This document shows, one piece after another, positions 9,958 to 19,935 of a stretch of DNA of 64,000 nt. Origin of the DNA: an uncultured Gemmatimonadaceae bacterium (GTDB lineage: Bacteria > Gemmatimonadota > Gemmatimonadetes > Gemmatimonadales > Gemmatimonadaceae); assembly GCA_963781585.1 (NCBI GenBank), contig CAWAGQ010000006.1, positions 128,001 to 192,000 on the forward strand, written 5' to 3'. A program made the translations under genes and the position numbers. Positions within the stretch are counted from its first letter, which is position 1, and each line of letters opens with the position of its first letter. The notes under the pieces are model-generated. The model did no database searches. It worked only from the letters and a program-made list of their open reading frames with translations, and had not been told where the DNA came from.

Positions 9958-10779
9958 CTAGCGCTTCCGGATGTCGACGCTTCCGTTCACCGTGTGAAGC
10001 TGCAGCGTGCGTCCCCCTTTGCCGATGGTCGCGCGGATGTGCCGCGGATTGATCCGGCCATTGAGGGTCAGCGGGAAATCGGATCCGATCGACCCGTTCA
10101 CCGTGGTCAGGTCGACGTCGGCGTCCACGCCGTCAGGTACGTACAGGGTGATCGACCCGTTCACGGTGCTGAACCGCTGGTCCCGGTCTCCGAGCGTGCC
10201 CATGCGCACCTCGACGTCGCCATTCACCGTCCCCGCGGTGACCGGGCCGCCTGACGACGTGGCCGTCACCCGGCCGTTCACGGTGTGCGCGTCGACGTCC
10301 GAAGTCGCGCCGTCGATATCCAGCGCGCCATTGACCGAGCTCACGACGAGCTTCACCCCTTCCGGCAGGTGGACGGTGAACTCGACCGACACGTCGTCGT
10401 CACGGTAGCGCCTGTTGTTTCCGTGCACGTCGTACCCGTCCTCGTCGCAGTTCGTGTTGTCGTACCAGATCGCGCAGACGATGACGTCGCCGGCGGAACC
10501 CACCTGGCGCTCTTCGATCCGCACGTCAGGCGAATTGCTGCGGCGCCGCGTGTCGGATGACCGGCGAGAGTCGTCGACCCACTTCACGCCTGTCACCTCG
10601 GCGCGGTTTCCCGATGCGCGGTCCACCTGGATCGGGCCATTGAGGTTGCGCACGTAGAGCCGCCGTCCCGCCGGGATGACGCCGGTCCAGTGGAACGTGG
10701 AGTCGGTGGAGCGTTCCTGAGCGCCGAGGACCGGCGCGGCAGCGAGGAGCGCGGCGACGAGGAGGGAAGAAGATCTCAC
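9958..10779 (-). CDS. DUF4097 beta-strand repeat (adhesin-like) protein
   Basis: Signal peptide, repeated TVNG motifs. Confidence 0.85.
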   Translation of the reverse strand: MRSSSLLVAALLAAAPVLGAQERSTDSTFHWTGVIPAGRRLYVRNLNGPIQVDRASGNRAEVTGVKWVDDSRRSSDTRRRSNSPDVRIEERQVGSAGDVIVCAIWYDNTNCDEDGYDVHGNNRRYRDDDVSVEFTVHLPEGVKLVVSSVNGALDIDGATSDVDAHTVNGRVTATSSGGPVTAGTVNGDVEVRMGTLGDRDQRFSTVNGSITLYVPDGVDADVDLTTVNGSIGSDFPLTLNGRINPRHIRATIGKGGRTLQLHTVNGSVDIRKR

Positions 10780-10793
10780 GGGCAGTCTCCGGT

Positions 10794-11861
10794 TCAGCGC
10801 CGGCTGTCGCGGTGGAGCACGATGTCGCCGCTGAACGTCTCGGCGACGACGCGGGCATCACCCCCCGACCCGAGGGTGAACTCGAGGCGCTGTCCGCGTT
10901 GCCGGTTTCTGGATGGTTGCAGTGTGATGGGAAAGCCGCCGGAGTCCAGGTCGCCGTTGAAGGTGGCGACGCTGAACTGGGCGTTCACGTTCGCCGGGAT
11001 GTAGAGCGAAACGCTCCCGGAGTGTGAGTGAAAATCGTACTGGCCGCCGGACTCGATCGTCCCGTGGTACTCGACGTCCCCGCTGACGGTGGAGGCCGAC
11101 GCGCTCCTGGTGCGCACGTTCCGGAACACCAGATCGCCGCTGGTGGAGCCGAGCTGGATCGATTGCGCCTCCACGTCCTCGAGCTGGATCGTGCCGTTCA
11201 CCGATCCGGCCTCGATGTCGCCGGCCAGGCGCGAGGCGTGGATGTCGCCGGACAGGCTGCGGAGCCCCACCCGATCGATCGCATCGGTGACCTCGACATC
11301 GCCGTTGATGGTGTTGGCGTCTACCGGGCCGTGGATGTTGTTCGCCGTGAGATCACCGGAGGTACTGCGAAGGACGACCCGTACGCCCTGCGGCACCGAC
11401 AGCTCGTAGCGGGTATCGCCGGTACGGCCGCGAACGCTTTCGGTTTGGATGGTGACGCGCGACGACGTGAGGCGCCAGCCGAGGCGTCCGTGCTCGGTCC
11501 GGGCGTTCACGCGCACCTGGTCGCGATTCCATCCGGTGACGACGATGTCGCCGGACACGCTCGTCAGGTCGATCAGGCCGGTCCGTGAGAAGGCGAACGT
11601 GGTGTCGATCCGCTGACCGCCATCCTGGAGGTCGCGGTCGTGGAGTCGGTACGGCAGGTCGTGGTCGCCCACGCGATACGGCAGATCGCGGAGCGCCAGC
11701 GCGACCGAGCGAATCGCCTGTTCGACGCTCCGCTCCAGTTCGCGGCTGATCCGGTCCGCGAGGCGGTCCAGGTTGCGCTCGGTGCCGGACTGGGCCGGCA
11801 GTACGGGCGCGGTGAGGAGCGCGATCGCGGTCAGGGCGAGCAGAGCTCTGGTTCTGTTCAT
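10794..11861 (-). CDS. DUF4097 beta-strand repeat protein
   Basis: Signal peptide, repeated S(V/T)SGD / TINGD motifs. Confidence 0.85.
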   Translation of the reverse strand: MNRTRALLALTAIALLTAPVLPAQSGTERNLDRLADRISRELERSVEQAIRSVALALRDLPYRVGDHDLPYRLHDRDLQDGGQRIDTTFAFSRTGLIDLTSVSGDIVVTGWNRDQVRVNARTEHGRLGWRLTSSRVTIQTESVRGRTGDTRYELSVPQGVRVVLRSTSGDLTANNIHGPVDANTINGDVEVTDAIDRVGLRSLSGDIHASRLAGDIEAGSVNGTIQLEDVEAQSIQLGSTSGDLVFRNVRTRSASASTVSGDVEYHGTIESGGQYDFHSHSGSVSLYIPANVNAQFSVATFNGDLDSGGFPITLQPSRNRQRGQRLEFTLGSGGDARVVAETFSGDIVLHRDSRR

Positions 11862-11874
11862 CGTCGGGAATTCG

Positions 11875-12657
11875 TTAGGCGCGCGGCGGCAGCAGGGCCA
11901 CCGTACGCAGGAGCCCGAGTTTCTTCTCGAGCACCTTGTTGAGTTGATCGGTCAGGTACGCGCTGGCCGGATCACCGGCCAGGGCGGTGCGGGCGTCGTT
12001 GATCGCCCGGTCGATCGTCGCCAGGCTGTTCTCGACCACCGCGACGGTGGCCGGATCGAGATCCTGGCGTCGCACGTCGAGGATGCCGCGGAGCTGGCCG
12101 ATGGCCTGATCATACGTGACCGTGGCCGGGACGGAAGTGCGCGTCGCGGAAACCATGGTGCCGCGCGCACCGGCGCCGGACGGAGCAATGGTCGGCGACA
12201 GGGACGCGCGACCGGATCCGGCGATGCCGACTGCGGTGTCACCGGTTGGCAGTCCACGTTCGGTCGACGCGACCGGAGACTCCGGGGCGAGTCCCGCGTG
12301 TCGCGTCGCCAGGAGATAGGTCAGCGTCGCGGTGGCGGCGATCAGGGCCGCAGCGGCTACGCCCAGCCCAACCGAACGTGACACGTGGAACCGCGCCCGC
12401 GTGCGCGCTTCGAGCACCATCACTGGTGCCGCGATCCGCTCGGCGATGCCTTCCCACAAATCGCGGGACGGCTCCAGTGCGGAAAGCGCGTCGGCGTCGT
12501 GCCGGATGCTCTGGAGATCGCGCACCAGCCCGGCGCACCGCCGGCACGCGCTCAGGTGTGCGTCCACTGATGCGCGTGCCGGCGCGTCCAGTTCGTCTTC
12601 GAGATAGCGGGCGAGCACGCTGTCGAGCTGCGCGCAGGTCATCGCATTGTCGGTCAT
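11875..12657 (-). CDS. Zinc-finger (zf-HC2) anti-sigma factor with TM helix
   Basis: HLSACRRC (HxxxCxxC), one TM segment; overlaps the sigma factor stop by 4 bp. Confidence 0.88.
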   Translation of the reverse strand: MTDNAMTCAQLDSVLARYLEDELDAPARASVDAHLSACRRCAGLVRDLQSIRHDADALSALEPSRDLWEGIAERIAAPVMVLEARTRARFHVSRSVGLGVAAAALIAATATLTYLLATRHAGLAPESPVASTERGLPTGDTAVGIAGSGRASLSPTIAPSGAGARGTMVSATRTSVPATVTYDQAIGQLRGILDVRRQDLDPATVAVVENSLATIDRAINDARTALAGDPASAYLTDQLNKVLEKKLGLLRTVALLPPRA

Positions 12658-13241
12658 CGATCGAGTGCCTCCCTCAAGAGAAGCCGGGCACGATGCAGCT
12701 GCGCCTTGCTTCCACCGGCGGTGATGCCGAGCATCTCCGCGATTTCTTCATGCTTGTAGCCTTCCACGTCGTGCAGAACGAAGATCCGACGCGCCCCCGG
12801 TGGCAGCAGCCCGATCGCCGCCTCGAGATCCACTGCGTCGCCCGGTGAAGCCGCGGGAGTCGCCGCCGGAAACTCGTTCTCGTCGTCCGAATCACCGGTG
12901 CCGAATCGGCTCCGCTGCCGTCCCTCCGCCTTTCTCGCGTTGAGCACCACGTTGACCGCCAGGCGATGCAGCCAGGTTCCGAACGCGCTGTCGCCGCGAA
13001 ACTGCTCCAGCTTCTGCCACGCCCGCACGAAGACATCCTGCGTCAGCTCCTCGGCGAGCCCCCGGTCTCCACTCATTCTGACGCAGAGCGAAAAGACCCG
13101 AGTCACGTTGCCGCGATACAGCCGCTCGAACGCCCGCCGGTCGCCGGCCGCAGCCAGCGCGACGTCGGACGCGTTGCGGTCGTCCTGCTGAAGATCGTTG
13201 TCGATTCTGATCGGCACCGTCATGCGTTGGTCGGCCTTCAA
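12654..13241 (-). CDS. ECF RNA polymerase sigma factor
   Basis: AEELTQDVFVRAW, FGTWLHRLAVN, LHDVEGYKHEEIA..KAQLHRAR; the start may be 13223. Confidence 0.93.
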   Translation of the reverse strand: MKADQRMTVPIRIDNDLQQDDRNASDVALAAAGDRRAFERLYRGNVTRVFSLCVRMSGDRGLAEELTQDVFVRAWQKLEQFRGDSAFGTWLHRLAVNVVLNARKAEGRQRSRFGTGDSDDENEFPAATPAASPGDAVDLEAAIGLLPPGARRIFVLHDVEGYKHEEIAEMLGITAGGSKAQLHRARLLLREALDR

Positions 13242-13298
13242 CGCTCGTGGGGTCAGATGGTCTGGCCGGCCGAAAGGTTTGAAGAGCGCGGCTCGGTT

Positions 13299-13970
13299 CT
13301 ACGGCGCGCGCCGACGGAGCCGGCGCACCAGACGCGGGAGCTCCGCCGCCTCGTCGAGCGCGTAGCGGGCCCCGGCGTCCTCGAGCACCCTACGGGGGAA
13401 TGCGCCCCAGAGTGCCGCCACCGGAGTGACACCCGCGGCACGTCCCGCCGCCATGTCGTAGGGGGAATCGCCGACAAAGACCGCGTCGCTCGCGGAGGCA
13501 CCGAGTCGCTCCAGTGCCAGAAGGACCGGTTCGGGCTCGGGCTTGTGCCGCTCGGTGGCGTCGCACCCGATGACCAGCGCGATGTCTGCGTGCAGTCCGA
13601 CGTGGATGAGCGCGCGCTGCGCCATCGCGGTCATCTTGCTGGTCACCACCGCCAGCGTGCACTGTTCGCGGCCGAGGACGCGCACGGCGTCCACGATTCC
13701 CGGGTACGCGCTCGTCAGGCGGTCGTGGTGCGCGAGCTGGTATTCCCGATAGGTGGCGATGAGCGCCTCCATCTCTTCGGGTGTGGAGGCGTACGGGCCG
13801 AACTGGTCGACCAGTGGGCGGCCGATTCCGGCGGCGAATTCCGCGGTACTCGGCGCGGGGCCCGGTCGTGAGGCGAACGCGTGCCGCGCCGCGTTCAGAA
13901 TGAGCTGGATGGAATCGACAAGGGTGCCGTCGAGATCGAACAGGACAGCGAACGGGCGAGCGTGAGGCAT
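13299..13970 (-). CDS. HAD-superfamily hydrolase (PpaX/phosphoglycolate phosphatase-like)
   Basis: FDLDGTLVDS, VTSK, KP.PEP, VGDSPYD. Confidence 0.92.
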   Translation of the reverse strand: MPHARPFAVLFDLDGTLVDSIQLILNAARHAFASRPGPAPSTAEFAAGIGRPLVDQFGPYASTPEEMEALIATYREYQLAHHDRLTSAYPGIVDAVRVLGREQCTLAVVTSKMTAMAQRALIHVGLHADIALVIGCDATERHKPEPEPVLLALERLGASASDAVFVGDSPYDMAAGRAAGVTPVAALWGAFPRRVLEDAGARYALDEAAELPRLVRRLRRRAP

Positions 13971-14081
13971 GCGGCAACGTTAGCGCATGCCGCGGCCAAG
14001 GGCAGGTTCTGGCAGACACTGCGCGGCAGAGTCGACGCGATCCGACAGAGCTGGATGGGACGGCCGGCCAGGCTGCGCGCC

Positions 14082-16484
14082 TCAGGTCCGCACCAGACAG
14101 ACGAACGCGAGCTCGGCATCGGCTTCGAAGCCTGGAGAGGCCGGCGTCACGAGGCCGGTGATTGGTTCGACCAGCGTCGAGAGGGCGACCAGGAGGTCCT
14201 CGGCGCCACCGCTTGCACCAGCGCGATCGGCGGAATCCACCCATTCGCCGATCATGCGTTCGGCGCCGGCACCTCGCGCGGCCAGCACCAGCTCCCGGCA
14301 TCTCGCCGCCAGTTCGGTCAATCGTGCCCGCCGGTGGCGCGGCACCTGCGCGCGCAGCTCCGCAATGCGCCGCAGCGCGTGCAGGTGCTCGCGTGAGGGC
14401 GCTTCGGTGACCGGCGCCGCGAGCGCCGCGCCCCGCGCTGCGTCGAGCCATCGAGTGAGCGCCTGACGAGCGGCGCGCATGGATCGGGAATACGGTGCGT
14501 CCGCTGGCGTGTCGACACCGCCCGTGTCGCGCGCCGAATGCTGATGGTGAGCGACGCGGATCCGCCGTGCCACCTCCAGCAGGTCGCGCGGATGCTCGCT
14601 CACCTTGTCGGGCGCCACGGCGAGTAGCCGGGCGCGCGACCCCAATCGCACCAAAGCGAGCGCCTGCCAGGGCCGGTCAAGCCAGTCGGCGGCGAGGGCA
14701 GTCGCCTCCGCCGGCGAGCGCGCCGGAGCGCCCGCGATCCCGCGGCACGGATCCGTGGATCGGGAGGCAGGGACGAGCGCGGCAGGTACCGCGCCTGCAC
14801 TCTGACGGCAATCGTCGAGGGCATGCCCGGGCCCGCGACGCCAGGCGGCCAGCACGGTCCCAAGCGCCTCATTCCAGCCGGTCAGATCGCTCTCCGGTGG
14901 ACGGTTCGTCCGACTGAGGCGTTGGCCGAAGAGCGGTTCCTGGGACGCCACCTCGTTGGCGCCGAGCAGGGATCCGATGACTCTCGCTTTTCGCTGGAGC
15001 GCACGAATCACGGTGACGAGGGAACGGGTCTGCACGGGGGGACCGATTGCGTAGACGTGCACGCGTTCGTGCGCAGCGCCCAGCCGCCTGATGCGGCCCA
15101 GTCGCTGCTCGAGTCGCGCGATGGTCCACGGCATGTCGAGGTGAACCAGCACCGCGGCACCGTGGAGATTCAGCCCCTCGCTGAGTACGTCGGTGGAGAT
15201 GAGCAATGTGAGCGGCAATCGCCCGCTCGTGTCGGCTGCGCCGCTGCCGAACTGCCGGATGATCTCGGCGCGTGGAATGGCCCCCGACGCGATGCGCGCC
15301 CCGCTCGCGGTCACCAGCGCCACGGCACCGTCGCTCTCCATGGCCCGGTACAGCGCGCGTACCGTCTCCGCGAATTGCGAAAAGGCGACGATACGGTCGA
15401 ACGGATGCCGCGCGCGCAGGCGTCGAAGCATGGCGGCCCGCGCCGCATCGCCGTCGCCTGACGAGTCCAGGGCGCGGAGCGTCTCACGGATTCCCTGCAC
15501 GTGCGCGTCGATCGCGGCACGCACGGCGCCGGCATCGGCCACCGCTTGCTCGCGCGCCACCAGCTCCGGGAAGGCCAGCTGCATGGCATCATCGAACAGG
15601 GTCCACGCGGTGAGTTCGCGACGGGTTGGGAATCGGCCCGCGTCGAGCGCCTGACGCAAGGCCGCGGCTCGATGGACGCGCCGGTGCAGCGCAGCGCGAA
15701 GCGCCGCATCTGACGACGTCCACGTGCGGATGAGGCCGAGGCGGATCAGCGCCGCGGCGGCGCCGCCGTCCGCCGGCGGGACTGGCGGCGCGAGTTGCTG
15801 GAGCGCCCGCAACACCGCGGGGGCTCCCGGGATCGGCAGCCACCGAGGGTGAGAGAGGCGCGGCAGCGTCGCTCCACTGGTGAGCGCAGCGTGTCCGCGT
15901 CGGACGATCAGCCGGGGCAGCTGTGCTTCGCCTAACGTGTAGGCGCGCGAGCCGAGAAACAGCGCCAGTTGCGCGCGCAACTCGCCCGGACGGTTGTGGA
16001 TGGGCGTTGCCGACAGAAGGAGAACGCGCGCTCCGGCGACGAATCGCGCCAGCGCGTCATAGCGTCGGGTGCGCGGATTCCGCACGTGATGGGCTTCGTC
16101 GACGATCACGATCGCATCGCGTGGCGCCACGTCCGGCCGGCTCCGGCTCAGCGACTCGAAGGACAGGAAGCGGCCCCTCAGTCCGCTGAGGCCGAGGGCG
16201 TCGGCCCACAGGCCGCGCAGCGACGCCGGACCGACCACGAAGAACGAGGCGAACGTCCTGGCGACCGCAAGCGCAGTGTAGGTCTTGCCCATCCCGACTT
16301 CGTCCGCCAGCATGGCGCCGCGGTAGTCGGCGATGATCTCGCGCAGCCTCGCGACGGCGTCCGCCTGGTGCGGTGCCAACGTGATCGCACCCAGCGAGGC
16401 CTGAGCGCATGGTGCACCGATCCAGGCGCGCGCCATGCGATCCAGCAGCGCGGGCAGATCCGACGACTTCAGCGCGTCATCCAT
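14082..16484 (-). CDS. SNF2-like SF2 helicase/ATPase
   Basis: LADEVGMGKT, DEAH, LSATP, VAFSQF..T, STDVLSEGLNL, LEQRLGRIRR. ATG at 16484 overlaps the MTase stop; the ORF-track extension to 16913 is probably spurious. Confidence 0.88.
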   Translation of the reverse strand: MDDALKSSDLPALLDRMARAWIGAPCAQASLGAITLAPHQADAVARLREIIADYRGAMLADEVGMGKTYTALAVARTFASFFVVGPASLRGLWADALGLSGLRGRFLSFESLSRSRPDVAPRDAIVIVDEAHHVRNPRTRRYDALARFVAGARVLLLSATPIHNRPGELRAQLALFLGSRAYTLGEAQLPRLIVRRGHAALTSGATLPRLSHPRWLPIPGAPAVLRALQQLAPPVPPADGGAAAALIRLGLIRTWTSSDAALRAALHRRVHRAAALRQALDAGRFPTRRELTAWTLFDDAMQLAFPELVAREQAVADAGAVRAAIDAHVQGIRETLRALDSSGDGDAARAAMLRRLRARHPFDRIVAFSQFAETVRALYRAMESDGAVALVTASGARIASGAIPRAEIIRQFGSGAADTSGRLPLTLLISTDVLSEGLNLHGAAVLVHLDMPWTIARLEQRLGRIRRLGAAHERVHVYAIGPPVQTRSLVTVIRALQRKARVIGSLLGANEVASQEPLFGQRLSRTNRPPESDLTGWNEALGTVLAAWRRGPGHALDDCRQSAGAVPAALVPASRSTDPCRGIAGAPARSPAEATALAADWLDRPWQALALVRLGSRARLLAVAPDKVSEHPRDLLEVARRIRVAHHQHSARDTGGVDTPADAPYSRSMRAARQALTRWLDAARGAALAAPVTEAPSREHLHALRRIAELRAQVPRHRRARLTELAARCRELVLAARGAGAERMIGEWVDSADRAGASGGAEDLLVALSTLVEPITGLVTPASPGFEADAELAFVCLVRT

Positions 16485-19400
16485 CCCAGGAGTGGTGCCA
16501 CGGTCCCGAGTCGCAGTCGGTACGCCTCGAGCACCGCCTCGAGCAGCGCACTGCGGGATGGTGGATTCCCGGCAACGCCCTGGGCGCCCAGCGGTGCCAG
16601 CAGGGTGCGTGCCCGCTGCCAGTCGTCGGGGACGGGCAGTCGCGCCACGGTCCAGGCGAGGAAGCGGTGATAGCCTCCGCGCGCGGGCTCCGCGATCGCG
16701 CCCAGCCACGCCGCCGCCAGCGTCGAGTTCAGCAGCGCCGCCAGCGCAAGCGCATCCTCCAGGTCGCGACAGACAACGACGTAGCAGGAGTTGATTGGCA
16801 CCGTTCGATTCCCGGCTGGGAGGACGAGCGCCTGGGGTGCGCGCCCCACGTCCGCCCAGACGACTCGCGGGCGGTCGAAGACAGCGGCGGCCGTTCTGAA
16901 CAGCGACCACCACGCCTTTCCATCGCGCACGTCGGCTCGTTGCAGCAGCTGCCGGCGGTAGGGCAGCAGCCAGGCGCGCACGCCGGGTGGCAGCGAGCGC
17001 AGCACGCGACCGTCATCGCCGTATGGAAAAAGGATGCTCCGGTCAGGCGTCGCGCCGGCGCGCCACGGTCGAACGTCCTCTCCGCGCAACACCGGTCGGA
17101 CGAGATCGGCTTCCACCTCTGCCGTCCTCGTCCCGCTTCGCACCCCGGCGCGGCGCCCCACGCCGTCGACGCGACGAACGAGAAAGGCCTCGTTACAGCC
17201 GCACTTCACGCCAAGGCTCGGCTGGCCAATGCCGCTCTCCGTCAGCGGGACGCCATGGCGCACCACGCGATCGAACGCCTGCCGCGCGTCAGGCGGAAGC
17301 ACCAGCCAGGGTGCGCCGGGCGTATGGTCCAGCGGGATGGTGCTCCTCGCGGCCTTCCACGAGATAGCCAGCGATCCGCGGTGGACGGCCACACGCACGT
17401 CGCCCGGGCGATCCGGCGGCAGCGGCTCCGAGACCCGGCGCGCCACCACGAGCGCGGGATACACAGCGGCATCGAAGACCGCTGGGGCCTCGCTCCAATC
17501 CTCCAGCACCCGCAGATCGTGACCCTCGTGCAGCAGGCGACGCACGCCCCCTCCCGCCAGGGAGCGCCACAGCTTCGACGGGACCAGGAGCGAGATGGCG
17601 CCGTTCGGTCTCGCGAGGGAGACGCTGCGCTCGAGGAACAGAGAGGCGAGATCGACCTGGGCGGCGAATCCGCGCCCGGCCCGCGCGTCGCGTGCGCCGG
17701 ACTCCCACGCCGCCTCCCGATAGACGAGGAAATCACGCCGGAGTCGATCACGCGCATCGGAGGAGATGCGATGGAGACGCACCCACGGCGGATTGCCGAT
17801 GACGATATCGAACCCGCCTCGCGCCGCGACGTCGGGGAAGTGCGCGGCGAACGCGAAGGGAATCGCGCCTCCGGCTTCCAGCGCGGTGAGCTGATGGCGG
17901 ATTTCGCGTCCGCGCGCCCGCAGGATCGCGAGCGCGCGTCTCTCGCCGGCGAGCACCCCCCGTCGCGCACCGAAGAGATCGCGCCCACGGGCCGCGGCGA
18001 GCAGCGATCGGCGCTCCTGGGCGATGGCCCCGAGGCGTCCTTCGAGCCAGGCCCGGGCTTCGGCGCGCTCGGCTCGATCGAGCGCGCGGGCCAGCGTCCG
18101 CTTGCGGCCAGCCGTGGCGTGTGCGTACCGGGTGCGCAGGCGGGCGAGTGCCGCGACACCATGCGCGGCACTCGCCCCGGGAGATCGCGATCGCTGGGAG
18201 ACGATGGTGAAATCGCCACCCGCCAGTGCGTCGCCGCATCGCACGTTGTGATCGAGGTTGGGGAGGGGCGTCACGCGCAGCGGATCCGTCTCGTCGTAGT
18301 CGATCACGACCGCCAGCCAGAGACGCAGCTCGCAGAGCCAGACCGCGATGGGGTTCACATCGACGCCGAAGACGCTCTCGGTCAGAACAACCCGTCGCAC
18401 GTGGTGGCGCTCACGCGCGTCGCCCGCGGCGCACCGCAGCGTCGTCAGGACCTCCAGCGCGTGAACCAGCAGCGCGCCCGAGCCGCACGCCGGATCGAGG
18501 ATGCGCATCGTGGGCAGCACCGCGCGCAGCGTCGCGGCGACGTCGGGATCGGGTTCCTGCCCGCGCAAGGCGCGCGAGACCGGGTCGGCGCCAATCCCGT
18601 GAGCGTCCAGGCTGGCCTCCAGCGCGGTTTCGGTGATGCGCTCTACCAGCGGCTGCGGAGTGAAATACGCGCCACTGTTCCGGCGTTCGCGTGACGCCAT
18701 GAGCGACTCGAACGCCCGCCCGAGCATCTCGGGATCGATGGCCGCCTCGTTCCAGTCTCCGCTCTGCTCGCGAGCCGTGAAGCGATAGCGCAGCAGGAGC
18801 TCGTCGTAGAATCGCGCCCAGTCCTCGTCGCGAATGAGAACGGTGCGCGCCCGCGCTTCACCGGCCGACCGCTGGAACAGACCGCCATTGAGAAACGGAA
18901 TCCGGCCGAAGGCACGCGCCGACGCAGCGCGCCTGGCGGGCCTGGTGTTCAGCGTCCCGAAGAAGAGCGGCCACAAGACGCGCCGATGGAAGCCCCCGCC
19001 GCTGCGCATGCAGTCGTCGAACACTCGCGCCAGGAATGACCGGTCGCCGGCCAGCCAGCCCTTGCTCTCGAGAAACGCGAGAAACAGGAGGCGCGACACG
19101 TTGAGGAGCGCGATCTCGCGGCGGTCGTCGTCCCGGGCCCGGCCCGACGCCGCGCGCGCCATGTCGCCCACGAGGTGCTCGAGCGCGGCGTAGAAGCGAC
19201 CCGACAGCATTTCCCGACCGAGCAGCTCGTGCCATCGCGCGTGGATGCAGAGATCGTTCCCGCCCACGGCGGCGGCCAACGCGGCGATGGTCTCCACATC
19301 GCTGCCGAGGATACGGGTCCGGTCCACCAGCAGCGCCGCCACCTTGGGCGGCAATCGATCGCTCGTCCAGGTGGCCACCGCGAGCTCGGCGCTGGCGGCG

Positions 19401-19699
19401 TCTGACACCAGGACCAGCCAGAGCAGGTGCGGGGCGCGTGCGGCCAGGCGGGCGGCCAGTCGCCCCAGCTGGTGGCGCAGCGAACCGCCATCCCTCGACC
19501 GGAGGAGCAGCGCACGAGTGGCGCCCGGGCCGGCGGCCAGATGGGCGTCGTACAGGTCGTGCGGAAACCCGAAGGCCTCACGCGACGCGTCGTCGAGCGG
19601 CGCATGATCGCCGAAGCCCAGGGTACGCGCCAGGGCCGCGAGTGAGGCGATGGAATCGGCGCCGGCCAGAAGCGGCAGCCAGGAGCGGCGGGGGAGCAC
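16469..19699 (-). CDS. Eco57I/TaqI-like (Type IIG architecture) amino-DNA methyltransferase with C-terminal target recognition domain
   Basis: RLLFL.FL, IPFLNGGLF, IDPEMLGRAFESL, GAYFTP, ILDPACGSG, FGVD, DHNVRCGDAL, FDIVIGNPPW, TaqI_C-like tail (PVLRGEDVRPW, RVVWAD, ALLNS). Confidence 0.88.
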   Translation of the reverse strand: MLPRRSWLPLLAGADSIASLAALARTLGFGDHAPLDDASREAFGFPHDLYDAHLAAGPGATRALLLRSRDGGSLRHQLGRLAARLAARAPHLLWLVLVSDAASAELAVATWTSDRLPPKVAALLVDRTRILGSDVETIAALAAAVGGNDLCIHARWHELLGREMLSGRFYAALEHLVGDMARAASGRARDDDRREIALLNVSRLLFLAFLESKGWLAGDRSFLARVFDDCMRSGGGFHRRVLWPLFFGTLNTRPARRAASARAFGRIPFLNGGLFQRSAGEARARTVLIRDEDWARFYDELLLRYRFTAREQSGDWNEAAIDPEMLGRAFESLMASRERRNSGAYFTPQPLVERITETALEASLDAHGIGADPVSRALRGQEPDPDVAATLRAVLPTMRILDPACGSGALLVHALEVLTTLRCAAGDARERHHVRRVVLTESVFGVDVNPIAVWLCELRLWLAVVIDYDETDPLRVTPLPNLDHNVRCGDALAGGDFTIVSQRSRSPGASAAHGVAALARLRTRYAHATAGRKRTLARALDRAERAEARAWLEGRLGAIAQERRSLLAAARGRDLFGARRGVLAGERRALAILRARGREIRHQLTALEAGGAIPFAFAAHFPDVAARGGFDIVIGNPPWVRLHRISSDARDRLRRDFLVYREAAWESGARDARAGRGFAAQVDLASLFLERSVSLARPNGAISLLVPSKLWRSLAGGGVRRLLHEGHDLRVLEDWSEAPAVFDAAVYPALVVARRVSEPLPPDRPGDVRVAVHRGSLAISWKAARSTIPLDHTPGAPWLVLPPDARQAFDRVVRHGVPLTESGIGQPSLGVKCGCNEAFLVRRVDGVGRRAGVRSGTRTAEVEADLVRPVLRGEDVRPWRAGATPDRSILFPYGDDGRVLRSLPPGVRAWLLPYRRQLLQRADVRDGKAWWSLFRTAAAVFDRPRVVWADVGRAPQALVLPAGNRTVPINSCYVVVCRDLEDALALAALLNSTLAAAWLGAIAEPARGGYHRFLAWTVARLPVPDDWQRARTLLAPLGAQGVAGNPPSRSALLEAVLEAYRLRLGTVAPLLGWMTR

Positions 19700-19825
19700 G
19701 CGCCCACGCTACCCGACGTGGTTTGCCGCTCCGTCATCATGGCATTGCGCACCCGGGCAAAATCACGGCGGGTCATCGCTGAACCCCGTCGCGACCTGTG
19801 AGCCGTTCTCTTCGATCTTTGCGCT

Positions 19826-19867
19826 CTGGCCTCTGGCCTCTGGAGGCTGGACTGCGGCCTCTGGACT
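19826..19867. repeat. 7-bp tandem array (CTGGCCT-type)
   Basis: ctggcct ctggcct ctggagg ctggact gcggcct ctggact. Confidence 0.7.
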
Positions 19868-19935
19868 GACTCCACGCTCGCCAAACCCCGTGGCACACGT
19901 TATCGTCGAGGCGGTCTCACCTTGGACAGACGCTC

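Noticed and set aside
14082..19699. Complete DISARM, BREX or Type I RM system
   Set aside because: drmA/B/C, pglZ/brxC and hsdS/hsdR are all absent from the neighbourhood
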